Positions 12,909 to 26,500 of a stretch of 64,000 bases of DNA are shown in pieces (position 1 is the stretch's first letter; each line of letters starts with the position of its first letter). The stretch is from Enoplolaimus lenunculus (taxonomy: Eukaryota). The stretch covers positions 372,001-436,000 of the forward strand of contig JASANG010002125.1 of the NCBI GenBank assembly GCA_030248215.1, given 5' to 3'. The position numbers and the translations under genes are program-made. Under the pieces are notes generated by a model that was not told the origin of the DNA, made no database searches, and was given only the letters and a program-made list of their open reading frames with translations.

Positions 12909-13577
12909 CTTTTGGTACGATTCTGAAGAAAAAATTGCAGGGATTTCGGCAAGAAAAGGGTAAAACAAAACATTTTCACAACAGCTTTTACGGATATTTG
13001 CTAAAATTAGCGAATTAAACATCATTGTAACTATCTAATTACGCCTCATTCTCGGCTTCACCCCCGGCAAATTTTGTTGGCCTCCGGTATTTTTCATCTT
13101 CGGTTGTACCTTCACAGCAGTATGTGTAAGTGTACTGTATCTATAAAAATAAATACCTATTCTATGAAAGAAATGTGCCAGATTACATTTTTTGCTTATG
13201 CTTAGGAACACATTTTTGCAACACTTGGGCTCAGGTTTAGGAATACGCTTAACCGACTGTTACGCCATTAAAAGTAACATTGGCCCCTACTCTTGTACAC
13301 ATGCAAATTTTGTCTGTTGAACCGATATGAGAGCCCAAATTTTAACGTTGACCACGAATCAACCTGGGATAAACCATGACCCACCTGTTTCGGTTTTAAA
13401 TGGAATCCCGCATAATGCGCTCAAAAAAGTGACAAAATCAGTTTATTAAGATGCGATGCTACAAAATCAACTTTATACCAGGTTGCAAACAAGCAGTAAA
13501 AATAAAAATACATGATAAAGAAAACGAATACTGAAGCACAAAAGTTTCGGACAAACTTTCCGCCACTAATCTTTATA

Positions 13578-13963
13578 CTGCAGTGACCCGAATAAGAGGT
13601 GGGACTGATATTTATTTGGCCTTTACAGAGCCCCCCGTCATTCGGTTACAGACTGTTTCATTTTCACCCACCCTTCGTTACTGATATATATTCGGTGTCG
13701 CAGCTATCTGTTATACGCTTGTTTTGTATTAAACCTGGAGCGATAATGCAATGTTATATTTAGAATGTACTTTCAAATCTAAGTTTGCTTTAAAGATACG
13801 AATTCAACTGTATTTAGTGCTGGAGACATTTATGCACTACAATTTGGGACAAGTGCCATTTATGGATTTCAATTAGGGTTTAGGTATTCTAGCCGCTTAC
13901 GGACTCTTATGAGGAATACAGACACCTATTGATTGCGACTCCTTCTTATTCGGGTTACTGCAG
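13578..13963. mobile_element. TA-flanked TIR element (CTGCAGTGACCCGAATAAGA termini)
   Basis: TA|CTGCAGTGACCCGAATAAGAG...TCTTATTCGGGTTACTGCAG|TA. An inverted related copy lies at 40400-40820; fragments near 3900, 12450, 43806 and 60510. Confidence 0.75.
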
Positions 13964-14474
13964 TATGGGCCGAGGTTTTTAATATATCATTTAATTTCAT
14001 AAATTTCATATAGAACACAGCATATCTGTAATAAAAATTGCGAAACATATACATGATTTATACTAATTTTTCCGTTTGCCTTTTCAGTTATTTGGACAAT
14101 TATCCATTTCCATTCCCGTTTTTACTAACCGTTTATTCTCTGCTTTATACCATCAATTTTAATGCGACAAGGGCGGCTTCTTCATTAACGCAAAAAATTG
14201 TTTGCCCATAGCGAATGACGTAGACAAATATTCCACAATTTCAAATTGTTACGTTTAAGGATCACACAAAGTTTATCAAATTTCTTCGGAAAATTAGTGT
14301 CTTAATATTATAAAGCTTCCTCGCGAATGACCGTTAAATATTTTTGCAATATTTATTGGCGTCGGAAATTGTTAATCAAAACTGCAGGTGCCGAAGCAAA
14401 ACGAACCAATTATTCCAGAAAACAAAGGTATACATTCATTGAAGAACCAGATACTAATTTTGCACATAACACAA

Positions 14475-14538
14475 ATAACCTCTAACCCACAACGTACAGA
14501 TTATCAGTCAGCTGCTCTTTTCACTGAGCTAAGCCGCC
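14475..14538 (-). pseudogene. Degenerate tRNA-like sequence (pseudo-tRNA or SINE head)
   Basis: Minus strand GGCGGCTTAGCTCAGTGAAAAAGAGCAGCTGACTGATAATCTGTACGTTGTGGGTTAGAG: D-arm and anticodon-like arm (GAT) present, T-arm and acceptor stem broken. Confidence 0.35.
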
Positions 14539-14752
14539 ATGCAAACTTTTCGCTATAATGGCTTCGAATAACGTAATTAAAGGGAATTCTCCGTATTTAT
14601 TTATTTCTTAAGCTATAAAACTAACGAATTAACTCATTCTTACCGCCAACGGTTAATGTTTTTTCTAATTTCTTCGATAGTACACTATTCGACGACAACG
14701 AATCTGTTTTCTTCTGCATCTTGCCACAGCGTTTTACCATGTAGATCACAAG

Positions 14753-15098
14753 CAGGGTGCAACCGAAATTCCGGTTCCGGCATTTTTTCACCTTCCGGTT
14801 CCGGTAAATTTTTACCGGATTTAAAAATTCCGGTTATAATTTGGCCGTTTTCTTAACTTTGCTAATTTTTAAGAATCTCTTTTGAAAGCCAATTGTACTC
14901 CGAATATAAGCCATTGATGGTGGATTTCACTTCAGTCGACTTTGAAAATCTAAAATACAACAAATAAAAAAGATACCTATGTTCGACTAAGGTTATTTCA
15001 CAAATAATAGAGCAAAAAATAAGATTAAAATGAAATTTTTGGTGAAATGCATTTTTCATTTTCCGGTTCCGGTAAATTGTAATTCCGGTTGCACCCTG
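14753..15098. mobile_element. hAT-like MITE (CAGGGTGCAACCG TIR, 8-bp TSD)
   Basis: CAGGGTGCAACCG...CCGGTTGCACCCTG; TSD ATCACAAG/ATCGCAAG; close reverse-complement match to 21016-21405. Confidence 0.85.
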
Positions 15099-16182
15099 AT
15101 CGCAAGCTACGTAATTTATAAACTTGCAGCGAACCGTATGAGTTGGAAAGCGTCTGTCATATTTCCCAACAAATAACGCTAAGCAATCCTAAGTTAAGCA
15201 GTGACGCTAGAATTTAACTGGTGGTCAAGGATTTTCGCTTTGCGCACAAGCATCAAAAAGTGTAATATAATACTAAATTTCAGTCGAGTCGACCATTTAA
15301 ATGAGACCATTGTCATATAAGTCAGTATTGCTTAGACCTTAGGGTGGACATGTTTTTTAATAAATTGCCGCATGGCGCCGTAAACTGTATAAGCATTTAT
15401 AAACAACAAATTTTTCACTTGCTTAATATACAGAGTGCTCAAGTTTAAATTTGCTAAAACATCTTAGCGGACACTGAAACTTACTCTTCAGGATTTTGCT
15501 AAAATTAGGTATTCTATCTGGTAACAATTTCTTAAACCTAAATACTCGGGCTTGCGTTCGAAAGCTTCAAAAATATTTTTCGCGCGCATTATGAGTACAG
15601 AATAAGTTCTCAAATATACTTCACTCACGAGATAATACAATTTTGTTCAAGCCCAAGTGTTTTACAATAAACGATGAACAAGACTAAATTTAGTACTTGA
15701 AACCGATACAATTAAATTTGGCTGCTGTGAAGTTTTCGTTTACACTGATTTAGCGTTTACCTTGACATAAATATTGTGCACATAAAAAGGTCAAAGCAAA
15801 ATCACGCACAATCGGAAGACAACACAGGAAGCAGGGAGCGGCAGGACAAAACGACACCGGACCCACACCGAGACGGACCCCGGGCCCCCGGCGCCGCCGA
15901 AAAAAACCCCATTTATAACAAAAACAAGAGTGACGGTCTGTTGAAAAATCTGACAGACCAGCCAAATAGCAAACTTGCCGAGACCGACACCGCATGTCCC
16001 TGCAGTATAGTTCACCATATCAAGTCTAAACGTCAACACCACGTTGGTCCACAACATCACATGATATCAAACCCAAAATCAAACCAAGATATGACCAAAA
16101 TAACCTCCGCAAGACCAATTCTCAGCGAAGAACCAAAGCCAAGTCTGCCACGAAGCACCCATTCAAAGCTCTGATATCTCAT

Positions 16183-19100
16183 TTACAAAAAGTCTTTGAG
16201 CAACGTTCGTCGTTTTTGTTCCGCGATGTGCATTTGATTCTCCAAATCCTATAACATTTACCTGTCGGCGTTACAACACAAATGTGATAGATTATTACGA
16301 ATAAGAAGCTTGGATTTTACTAGTGATCTAGATTATAAATTTTTAAGGCCAAATCAGTAATATAAACTTGCGTAATCACCACTTAGTGTTATTCTGCAGG
16401 CAATTAGCTCACTAAATTAATAATATAAAACCGCAACTTAATGCAAAATTCTCTTTATTACAAGCACCTTAGTCAGACCAAAGATCATGGTTACCCGTAT
16501 AGGTCAAAGTTACCCACCCATAAAATGATAATAAAACAGTTACCCCACGATCAGTAGTTTCAGCCCGCTCCACTTTCCAGGACAAATTTTCAATTTCTGC
16601 TTCCAACTGACCCTGTTGGTATTCGAACTAAAATAATTAAAAAGGAATTACGACATACTGGTCAAGACAAACAATGCGGATAAACGGTTGAATTTCACAA
16701 AAAGCCATTGTATACTCAACATTTTTAACCAGAACCAAACTTCTATTTGTATCCCGTACTAAAGACAAGACATTGGAATGAATCCGACATAGAAAAACTC
16801 ACCAATAATTTACTCTGACTATTATCACAGTAATACGCGTACGGATATGTGTATTGGAGTGTGTACCGACACTAGAAATAATAGAACAAATTGCAAGCAA
16901 ATTACTTCCCAGAGTAGCAGCCTTCTGAACGACGGCTAAGTGTTACATCATAATACGTTCGAGTTTATACTAGACCAGACTATTCTTGCAAAAATACGTT
17001 TGAAATGCGCACTATATAGATATCCTTGAAGATGACTATTCAAAACAATAACAACAGCTGTCAGCCAACGGAAATTTACTTAAGGTAAAATTTCAGACAC
17101 CTTCGTAATACCACACAACCACAACGGGCAGATTGAAAGAGAAAACTGCATACGAAGTTTACACACTACGAAGGTCTATTAAATTAGCAAAATCTAGAAA
17201 TACGGCAATAAAGAAAATACTCCTACATGCTACCCTAGCCCCTTGACTACATCATTCGTCTACCGCACAATTTTATCAAAACTTACCTTTGTCAGTAACG
17301 CAGCAGCGTCGTATAAATACTGCCAATCAATCCAAGTGCCATCCTTTGAAGAAATTTTCGCTTCAATTCGTTCTTTGACACGCTCCAACATTGCTTTTTC
17401 TAAGCTCAAACTCTTGTGATGATTTTCCCACTGAAATAATGGTAAACTAAAATGAATTGCTATGAATTTCCAATGAATGAGAAATAAACTTGCCTACACG
17501 TATAAACAAGGAGCCGTATGCTCAACTGTGTCTAGCAGTGGCACCTATCACCAATTAACAATTATCTCGAGATCTGATCATTAGTCGCTCACCAAAATGT
17601 AAAAATGTGCTGAAGTTTAAAGCCCATCCATAATTAAAGCCAGTTCTTACTCTTTCGAAATAAAACAAATATTTCTGTAGTGCTTCACGTGCTTTCACAT
17701 GAACCGCTTCCGAAGCAATATTCGGGTTTTCTTTGTACCTGGAGCATACGTAGTATTCGCTGCCATGACTTTTCCAATCTACAAATAAAAGTAGGAAAGT
17801 ACATTTGTGAGACAGCGATTTTGTAAAAATATATAATATCGCAGCAAAAACCAAAATTATACCATAACTGAAAAAAAATTATATTAAAACTTAAGGTTGA
17901 ATTGTGACCTTGATGTATACACAATATTTTCTCCAATACAGAATTGCAACAATAAATAAAATAGTTCCTACTTAAACACAGATGCAATTTCATACCTCCA
18001 AGGCACATCCAACAGAAGTGATGTTTGCATTTCCAACACTGCATGTGATTACAACCGCCGTTCTTTTCGATGCAAATATGACACTTTGGACAATCTTTGG
18101 TGTTCGCCGTAATATAGTTAGCTGTTTCACTGTCATCAGCACATTTTGTCAGCCAAAGTTTCATTGTTTCGCACGATGTTGGTGCGTGATATTCTATCGC
18201 ACAAATGAAGCTTAAAAAGACAACAGAATCAATAGATAACAGTGTAATAAACATTTACAATGTACAGTCTACTAGCCACCACCTCTCAACATCTATTTAA
18301 ATATTTCTCTAGTTTTGATAAACAAATATTCGATGTCAACTCCTAGTTTTTAAAAACTTCACTTCGACAATTAAAACAGTGAAGAAAATTACATTACTGA
18401 TCAGTAGCTTTACAATATAGTCATAAAAATTGTTGTGCAATGACGCAGCTGTGACAACACTCAAACAGCTAACTCACCAAAATGATAATTGACACACTTT
18501 ACAAATCGTTTTCTTCGCTTGTGGTTCATGTGCACGGATAATTGTTTGGCAATTAGATCCTGGACAAAATCGTAACTGAGGATGGCTCTGAAACTTTAAA
18601 AAGGTGCATAAAGCTTATGAGTATACAACACTCGAGCGATTATCACTACTACAACTTTTAGCAACGCGAGATCCTTATCAAATTCAAGTGTTTTAGAATA
18701 TATTATATTACCAATTTTGTTTCTGCTCCTAAAACATCTAATCAAGCAACGCAAGCTGGGCAAAACATACCCATATAGAAACCCCAGGCTGGACAATATA
18801 TAAGGCTGCTTTATCACACCACCTACATTTACATGATCTTGGAAAACCAGGTCCTTGTACTTCTTGCACAGGATAACGTTTCCTAGCAACGCCGATAATG
18901 CAAACTCTTCTGGCACACGTAAATTACACTGTCGTTCCATACACTCGATTTCTATAAACAAAACACACGCATATACAGTTACAACTGTATATAAAAATAA
19001 AGAATGTTTTCAATAATGGCGAGAGATAAGCTCTGAACAGTTTCCATTAGCCTTCTAGTACGTATACATGCAAAATGAATTAAATCAGGTCGCGCACCCA

Positions 19101-22100
19101 ATTTTCTCTGATTATGCTAGAACGTGATACCAACAACTAAATTTCCTACCAGCTAAGTAACAAAAAACGACTTGGGCAAACAAATCTTTCAACTACTGAA
19201 TTGATTACCGGTTGAGGTATTTTGTGAAAGTTGAAATTGCAAGTGACTCCGCCAACAATCCATACAAAACCCATGCCGACATTCTAAATGATGGAATTCA
19301 GTTCCGGGCTTCGTTGAGCAACAAACGGTACATTGAATCTGTTGTTCAGGTTGTTGTTGCTGTTGTAGTAGTTGTTGAGTTTTTTGCTTTTGTTGAGCGT
19401 AGTGTTTGAGAGGAATCCGATCAGTGACACAATCGTCGGCATCCTGAACTGAGACAGTTGATTTTACAAGTTTTTTATGATATGTAGGGTTACAGTAAAA
19501 GCATGGCCTTGCTAACTTTTTAATCGATCAATCACAATTAATCGTATAGAAGGGTCGCTTACGTGCCCACCAGATTACTATAAATAATTATGCATATAAA
19601 ACACCACTTATTCACCCACACGGATAATGAGTATGTTCTTTTGTGTTCCGTTGGCTACAGATCCAAAATCAAACAATGAAAGATTCAAACTCCCATCATA
19701 CAAAAACGCGGAAGTAAACGAAAATAACTAACCAAATGATTGTTTTTAGGTTTAACACCGCTTTTAACGAGCAATTCGTCAAAATTTTTCTCATACCTAA
19801 AATACAAAATACTAGGGTCGCATTTAAAATGACGTAATGAAGTATCTTAGTTGTTCTTTATGTATTGTGTATTAAAATTGGAATCGGAATATTTTCAAAA
19901 TAAAATCGGCATCGGTATCGGAAAAAGTTTTAGTATCGAACCCATCACTACAAAACACCCATTAAATGTGAATGCTCACTTACAATAGCCTGACTTCCAG
20001 GTAGTAACCAGGGGGAGTATATGTGTCATACCCTCCTTAAACTGACTTTTGTTTACAGGTTTTGAAAACTATTTTTAATTGACGCTATAAGAAACCCTTC
20101 TCAAAAATTTTATAAAACAAAACTATTCTTTCTGAGATCCTGTCTAAAACCCTGGCTTGAATATTATCCAAATTCAACACCAACCAACCGACCAAGCAAA
20201 CAACCAACCAACCAACCGACCAACCAAACAACCAACCGACCGACCAACCAACCACACGCGCACTGCATCTAGATCAACGATTTTTAAAATATTTTACTTA
20301 CGCACGAATAATTAGTTCTTTGTCCCAGAAATTGACGTGAAGCAGTACTTTGGCGAGAGATTGCGCAACCTAAAAGAAAACAAACTAACCTATTTATTAT
20401 TAAAAATATTTCTTCTGTTGCTGCTCTGTCACACTTTTGTGCACAATTTTATATACGTAATAAATAATAAATACGCACATACGCGCATACACGTTAGACT
20501 TTTAATCAACGGCTTATTAACAAAACTGAACTAATTACAAAAACACTATGTATTTCGAAAAGTTTCCAATATTTAAATGATTATGAGTAATTTTGTGACA
20601 CACGTTGAGGTAGGGTCAACAGAAATTTTGCGTTGAGGTAGGGTCAACGCGTGTCACGGGTTGTAAAAAAGTGTTGACCCTACTTCAACGAGTGGCACAA
20701 AGCACTCGTTGAGGTAGGGTCAACGGAAAATTTTCGTTGAGGTAGGGTCAACGACCACTCGTTAACACTGGGATGGGACATATTTTGTGGCCAGGCCAAA
20801 TTTTTTATTGTGAACGCGGCATTGTGCTATACTGTACTATGCCAGACACCGGCGCGCTGCAATTTTTAATAAAAATTTGAGTGCCACACGCCGGCGTGCG
20901 GAGAGTATAGCGCAACCCAAAGCATTCCAGCTCATGCGTCTTTGGAGTGCAGGAACAGGAATCCCGAGGAAACGCTGGCATATCTTCATACATATACGCA
21001 CACGTATATATACACCAGGGTGCAACCGGAATTACAATTTACCGGAACCGGAATTTGAAAATTTTAATGGAACCGGAACCGAAACCGGAAAGTGAAAAAT
21101 GCATTTCACCAAAAATTTCATTTTAATCTTATTTTTTGCTCTATTACTTGTGAAATAACCTTAGTCGAACATAGGTATTTATTTTATTTGTTGCATTTTA
21201 GATTTTCGTCGTCGATGAAGTGAAATCCACCATCAATGGCTTATATTCGGAGTACAAGTGGCTTTCAAAAGAGATTCTTAAACATTTGCAAAGTTAAGAA
21301 AACGGCCAAATTATAACACCGGAATTTTTAAATCCGGTAAATATTTACCGGAACCGGAAGGTGAAAAAATGCCGGAACCGGAACCGGAATTCCGGTTGCA
21401 CCCTGATATACACATATACGTGTACATAAATACAAATATTACATATAAAGTGTCGCTGCGTACAGCAAACCGTGGAAAGTTAAAAAATACCATGTATATA
21501 CCGAATTTGTGATTTTCATATTTTTCAAACGAAAATCGAGCGTGATACAATTTTTTCATGCGAGTCAATTACGGATTGTATATAAAACCTGGCTGCGGTT
21601 AGTCCCCGGCAAACAAACCCACAGAATCTCTGATATATTATATATTGTTACTGGAACGTCTTTGACCAATCGAGCAACACATTCATTCAAAAATTGTTCC
21701 GCTTGAACGATGTCTAAACATTCATATTCAAATTGCTCTGGATCATGGCTAGTGCCGCATGCTGATGTGCCTGGAATAGGTTCTGGACTTCCGACGTCTG
21801 GATATTCCCAATCATAATCTAAAATTTTGTTAAAAACTTTTATTCTGTCTAATTTTAGTGACCATGGAGTGAAGCCAAAAAAGGTTCTGTTGCAACAATA
21901 CACAGCTCCAAAATTGTTTTAGCAATCACAACCACCCCCATATTTTCAAGGTAGGTACGTATATAAAAACGTCAGGTTTATATGGTGTTTATCAGTTTGC
22001 AGAGAGGGTAATTAGTATTCATCATACTTAAAAATGCCGGAGCAAGATCTCGAACATGCCACTGCGAAATATTTTGATTATGAATACAAGGACAAAGTTT

Positions 22101-23553
22101 TGGCATATTTTTAAGGATTAATATTCGGCAACATATAACAGCGTAGTCGGAACCGGATGTCCATTATTTGCTGCAGCAGAACCGGGACTGGACATCAGGC
22201 CGCACAATGGTTTTAGTCAATTACCCAATGTTCGCGGGCAAATGCAAATACTAACGAAGTCCAACGAAAAACAACCAATCAAAATCAGTTTGCCTTCCAG
22301 TAGCACAGCGCAGGGTTTTATTCTGTGTTATTGTTTTATCGACTTATAAAATTTCAGGATCAAATTAAAAACTTTGGTGCCAAAAAATTTTTTACTTCTT
22401 TCAAAAAATTCAGTTATGACCAATTCAAAATTGCTCTGACACGATACAGAGACAAGTTGAACAAGTTGTATTTACTTTTTTGCTACGCTTAATCAGCTTT
22501 AGAAGGACATTTACAAAATACCTGACGCGACGCAAACAAATTAGTTGCCCAAATGGCGACTGGCCGAAAACTTTAGAGGTGCGGCAATTCGATATTTTAG
22601 GTGCAACGACGCCTGGATTGGCAAAAAATCAAACATCGTCGCAGTAAAAGTTGGGCTGCCATAGACAATTGCCGTATGGGTTTTCTCGGACGGTGACTAT
22701 AACAAACAGGTGTTCTGGGCGGCACCACATTATTGAGCGAAGCGTTTTGTTTTGTACTTGGGGTCGAAAGGTGGATGTCTGTCCGTCCGTCCGAAAAGAA
22801 TCACAGGAACGGCTGAACCGATTTCGATAAACTTTTTTGTTTGAAAGCCAATTATCCTGGGGTGTTAACCTCGCATTGGGGTTTTAAAATTTTACGCCGT
22901 TCATTAGCTACCGGCTAATTTGCATAATTAATGAAGCCTAAATTAGGACTTTCTACAATATTTCACTAATTAATTAAGCCTAAATTAGGACTTTCTACAA
23001 TATTTCACTAATTATTAAGGCTAAAAGCAAGATAATTTCAGCACTAAAGGGTTTTTAGTTTTAGGTGCGAATAATAAATTGTTTACAAACATCTAAAACC
23101 GATAATTGAATAGTTAGCTAATACGTAGCTAATTTGCATATAAGCAAAATTGATAAGCCTAAATTAGGCGTTTTTACAATGTTTTACTAATTATTGAGTT
23201 ACAAGCAATATTAATTTCAGCAATAATGGCTTTTCGGGTGCGAGAAATCTCAATAAATTGTCTACAAACCTTTAAAAGCGATTATCGAATAGTTATCTAA
23301 TAGATTATTTGCATATTTGCTTAATTGACGAGACAAAATTAGGACTTTTTAAATTATTCCAATAATTAATTGCTTACGTGTGTTCGAGCTTCGCTCAATA
23401 AATGTAGTCCCACTACGACCGGTATATTATAATTAACACACTTTGAAACTAACCGTTAAAGTCGTAGTCGGAATCATCGCTATTACACTGCGAATGCATT
23501 TCTTTGTCCGCTACGCAAACCGGCTGATGCTGCTGATGTATTCCAATCGGCAT
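16183..23553 (-). CDS. ARIH2: Ariadne-2 / ARIH2 RBR-type E3 ubiquitin ligase, about 524 aa, 13 coding exons
   Basis: Minus-strand exons 23553-23454, 21818-21652, 20369-20302, 19796-19733, 19443-19209, 18951-18827, 18587-18478, 18210-17996, 17778-17651, 17430-17287, 16871-16803, 16627-16544, 16248-16183. All are GT-AG and phase-compatible (1575 nt). Motifs: RING1 CTVCC...[27 protein letters not shown]2 [22 protein letters not shown], Ariadne domain [14 protein letters not shown]...[21 protein letters not shown]...RRTLLKDFL*. The start codon could instead be the ATG at 23499. Confidence 0.95.
20178..20253. repeat. (AACC)n imperfect microsatellite
   Basis: Direct observation. Confidence 0.85.
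20595..20760. repeat. Five copies (four direct, one inverted) of CGTTGAGGTAGGGTCAAC
   Basis: Direct copies near 20603, 20631, 20707 and 20736; inverted copy near 20674. Confidence 0.8.
21016..21405. mobile_element. hAT-like MITE in ARIH2 intron 2
   Basis: Perfect TIR CAGGGTGCAACCGGAATT; perfect TSD ATATACAC; CCGGAA subrepeats. Confidence 0.9.
22731..23424 (+). mobile_element. Helentron-associated (HINE/DINE-1-like) non-autonomous rolling-circle element in ARIH2 intron 1
   Basis: Subterminal inverted repeat TATTGAGCGAAGC / GCTTCGCTCAATA, GTCC microsatellite, GGCTGAACCGATTT core, internal tandem repeats and a 3' hairpin GTAGT-CCC-ACTAC. Confidence 0.65.
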
Positions 23554-26500
23554 GTTTTGGCAATAAATCTCCAGTGGAAGTGGAGGGCGCTATGTAACAA
23601 AACTACAGCGCACACACTGTATTTGACAATAATGAATCGCCAGTTTTATGCGTCATTTAATTTTCAGCTTAACATTACTTTGTAGCAAAAATAAAACCTA
23701 AAGTGTACAAGAATAGCTGCAATGCAGGGTCAACAATGAACGCAAGCATTCTAAAACAGTTACAAACGTATTCTTAATCAATGTGGGATAGCGGATACTT
23801 TTGATCACAACAATCCTAAGAAGACCATTCAATGTAGCGAAAAGCGATCCGTGTATATCTTGTACCTGTTTATTTACATACTGCTATATTTGATTTCGTA
23901 ATCATTAAGACAAAATACAATGTTTCACTTCGGAATCTTTATATTGAAACCAGACGCAGCTGTTTCAGGCACAAAATTCTTACGGCAAATCGACACAAAT
24001 TTAGGTTTGGTTTCTGTTATATACACATTTAAACCGACCTATAAGGGTAAGCTCATTGAATCTTTGGCCCATGTTAACAATAACGGCATGCCGACTGGCA
24101 ATTTCCCAGTCTCCCAGCCTTGAAATTTCAGTTTCGTAGTCTCCCAGTTTCCTTGCTACCCAGTCAAATTTTACCATGCTCCCGGCTTCCAAGTCACCCA
24201 GTTTCCAAGTTCTCCGTCTAATAGTGTCCAATGTCAGTTTTCCCGTTTTTCCAGTCCCACAGTTTCAATTAAAGATTAACAAAGAAAACAACGTAAATAC
24301 AAAATATTTGAAATTTCACACCTATAGACCAAAATTAGCACATCGTTCTGTTCAAGATTTAATAATTTTTACATATCGCATTACTAAGGATTCTGTGCAC
24401 TGCTCAACCACTTACCGATGAATTAAAATATAGCATGCTCTAAAAAGCAACTAATTAAGTCAGTTTGGTCAAACACACATAAAAGTGTTATAAAATAGCA
24501 CAAAATTTTTGGATACAATAATAAATATTAAGAAAACAATTTTACCCAACTGGCACTCCTGGATGGCATTAATACCAAAGTCTCAGTTTCTAAACCTGAG
24601 TTGTCAAATACTAGGACTGAGACTACGCGAGTCTCATAAAATTTCGCGACTTGAAAATAAAACTTCCAGCTCTGTTCCTAACGTCCCAGTTTTTCAGTCC
24701 CTTGTCGGTCTCGTTCTTTTCGGTTTTGTTCTTTCTCTCTGGGGGATGAATTGATTTGCTCTTGATCCGGGTAATTACGTATCTATTGTGCTCGTAACCG
24801 CGTCAACTCTACTTTGGGGTCAAACAGCTAATGGATCCGTACTTCAACTAAGATCGATCGCTCCGCAGGAAACGCACGGTTTTGGAAATTTTATATAAAA
24901 TTAAAATGGCAAATAAGACGTAACGAATAAGGTTATAAAAGATAACGCACCGTATTTTTAGGCACAGAATTATTTGGTAATAGAATATAGAATTTACTTT
25001 TAAGTCTAAAACAATACTTTTGAAAATTATCAATCTTGTGCACACAGCTTTTAACAAAACTAATTTAACCTTCCAAATTCACGAGAATAACTCAATCTTT
25101 CTGATAAACCACGGTCCTTTTTTAAATTAGCAATGCCAGCTCCGCAGTGCTTAGGCGTAATTGCCTACCAATACGACTGCTCGCACGAGCCAGTCGGTTC
25201 TACTTTTAACACAATACTCACCAAATACCGGGGAAAACAATTCGACGCGAAGGGAACACACGCAGGAGAAACAAAACTCACAACTGAGATTCCGGGAATA
25301 AAACACACAATTTGAACAAAACTACACCTCCGTAATTAATGTCGAAACTCGGGTAAAGACACAACTGATCAAACCCAACTAAATGGAGAATTCTTAATTT
25401 AGAATTAATTGGGTTATTTTTTAGTAAATTTTGTAATAATTTTTGGAATTTATTATAGAATATTGTTTCAGAACGTTTTTACACGCACGACTCCGACATA
25501 ATAATAAACATACAAAAACAACGTAAAAAACAACAACTAAAAATACCCTAAAAACCATGTATTAAGCCTAGCTAGGAAAAGGGAAAGCTGAGGGAGGGTG
25601 ATTTAGAAAATAAAAAGTAAAAACCCAAAATTTCAAAGTGAGACACCACCTACATCCCTCACAATCCTAGCTTTTCAGCTTTTAGCGTCCTATTGTCAAA
25701 ATTTACCAGAGACCCAGTTAACAAGTCACCCATTTCAATTCTCCAGCTGATTGTGAGGAGGCGTGACTCAGTGCTAGCGTGGTAGACTGGAAAGCTGTCG
25801 GTCATGGAATCGAGACCTCATAAGAAAGCGAAAAAAGCCAAGGTTCGATTCCCAGCGTGGTCCTTAACGTTGAGCAAAACTTTAAAGACGGGTCGTGCAG
25901 ACCGCGCAGATCTAACTTCCAGTTCCCTAGCCGCCATCGCTTCTTGTTGACATGGGTCAATGTTTTTGTAGCATTTACCACTAGCTAAATATCTTTCCGC
26001 AACAAATGTTATCAAAAATAAGTATGTTCGTTCGAAAAGAATTTACGTTTTCCATTGATTAATTAAAGACGTTTGTCGCGGCTTGGTTTAGGTCCAAAAA
26101 GGAAACAAAGCTTGGGTTTTATTTGGGTAAGATATTCTTAAGTTTTGCTGGTTTGACGTATATTGTCATAGGTTTTTTAACAATTTTTGTAAACAACGCT
26201 ACATTGAACTGTTATTTAATAGAATAATTGGATTTAACTGTCATCCCGTTGTCTACTTATTTGGCCGAATGGTTCGTGCCTGTTGCAAATTCTTTAACTC
26301 AAAATCGACTTCAGTCATCTTCCAACGCATATAATAACTGTTTCTAGAGTGAACTTTGCTCTGAATAATGTCTTAGTATTTTTACAGTAAATATGAACAC
26401 AACACACTAAAATGCACATTGCACGCTCGATTTTTCAACAAGGGAATTTTTTCCGGTGAACTTGTTGATAACTTGTCTAAAAAGCTACCTTGCTAAGCTT

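Noticed and set aside
14644..14740. Short minus-strand ATG-to-donor segment (MVKRCGKMQKK...)
   Set aside because: No compatible downstream exon or recognisable product could be established.
15776..16174. 132-aa plus-strand ORF and overlapping minus-strand ORFs
   Set aside because: Open only because the strand lacks T; no recognisable domain; overlaps the ARIH2 3' UTR region.
20595..20760. CRISPR-like look: 18-bp partly palindromic repeats separated by short spacers
   Set aside because: One copy is inverted, spacers are short and mutually similar, there are no cas genes, and it lies in a eukaryotic intron. It is better explained as MITE subrepeats.
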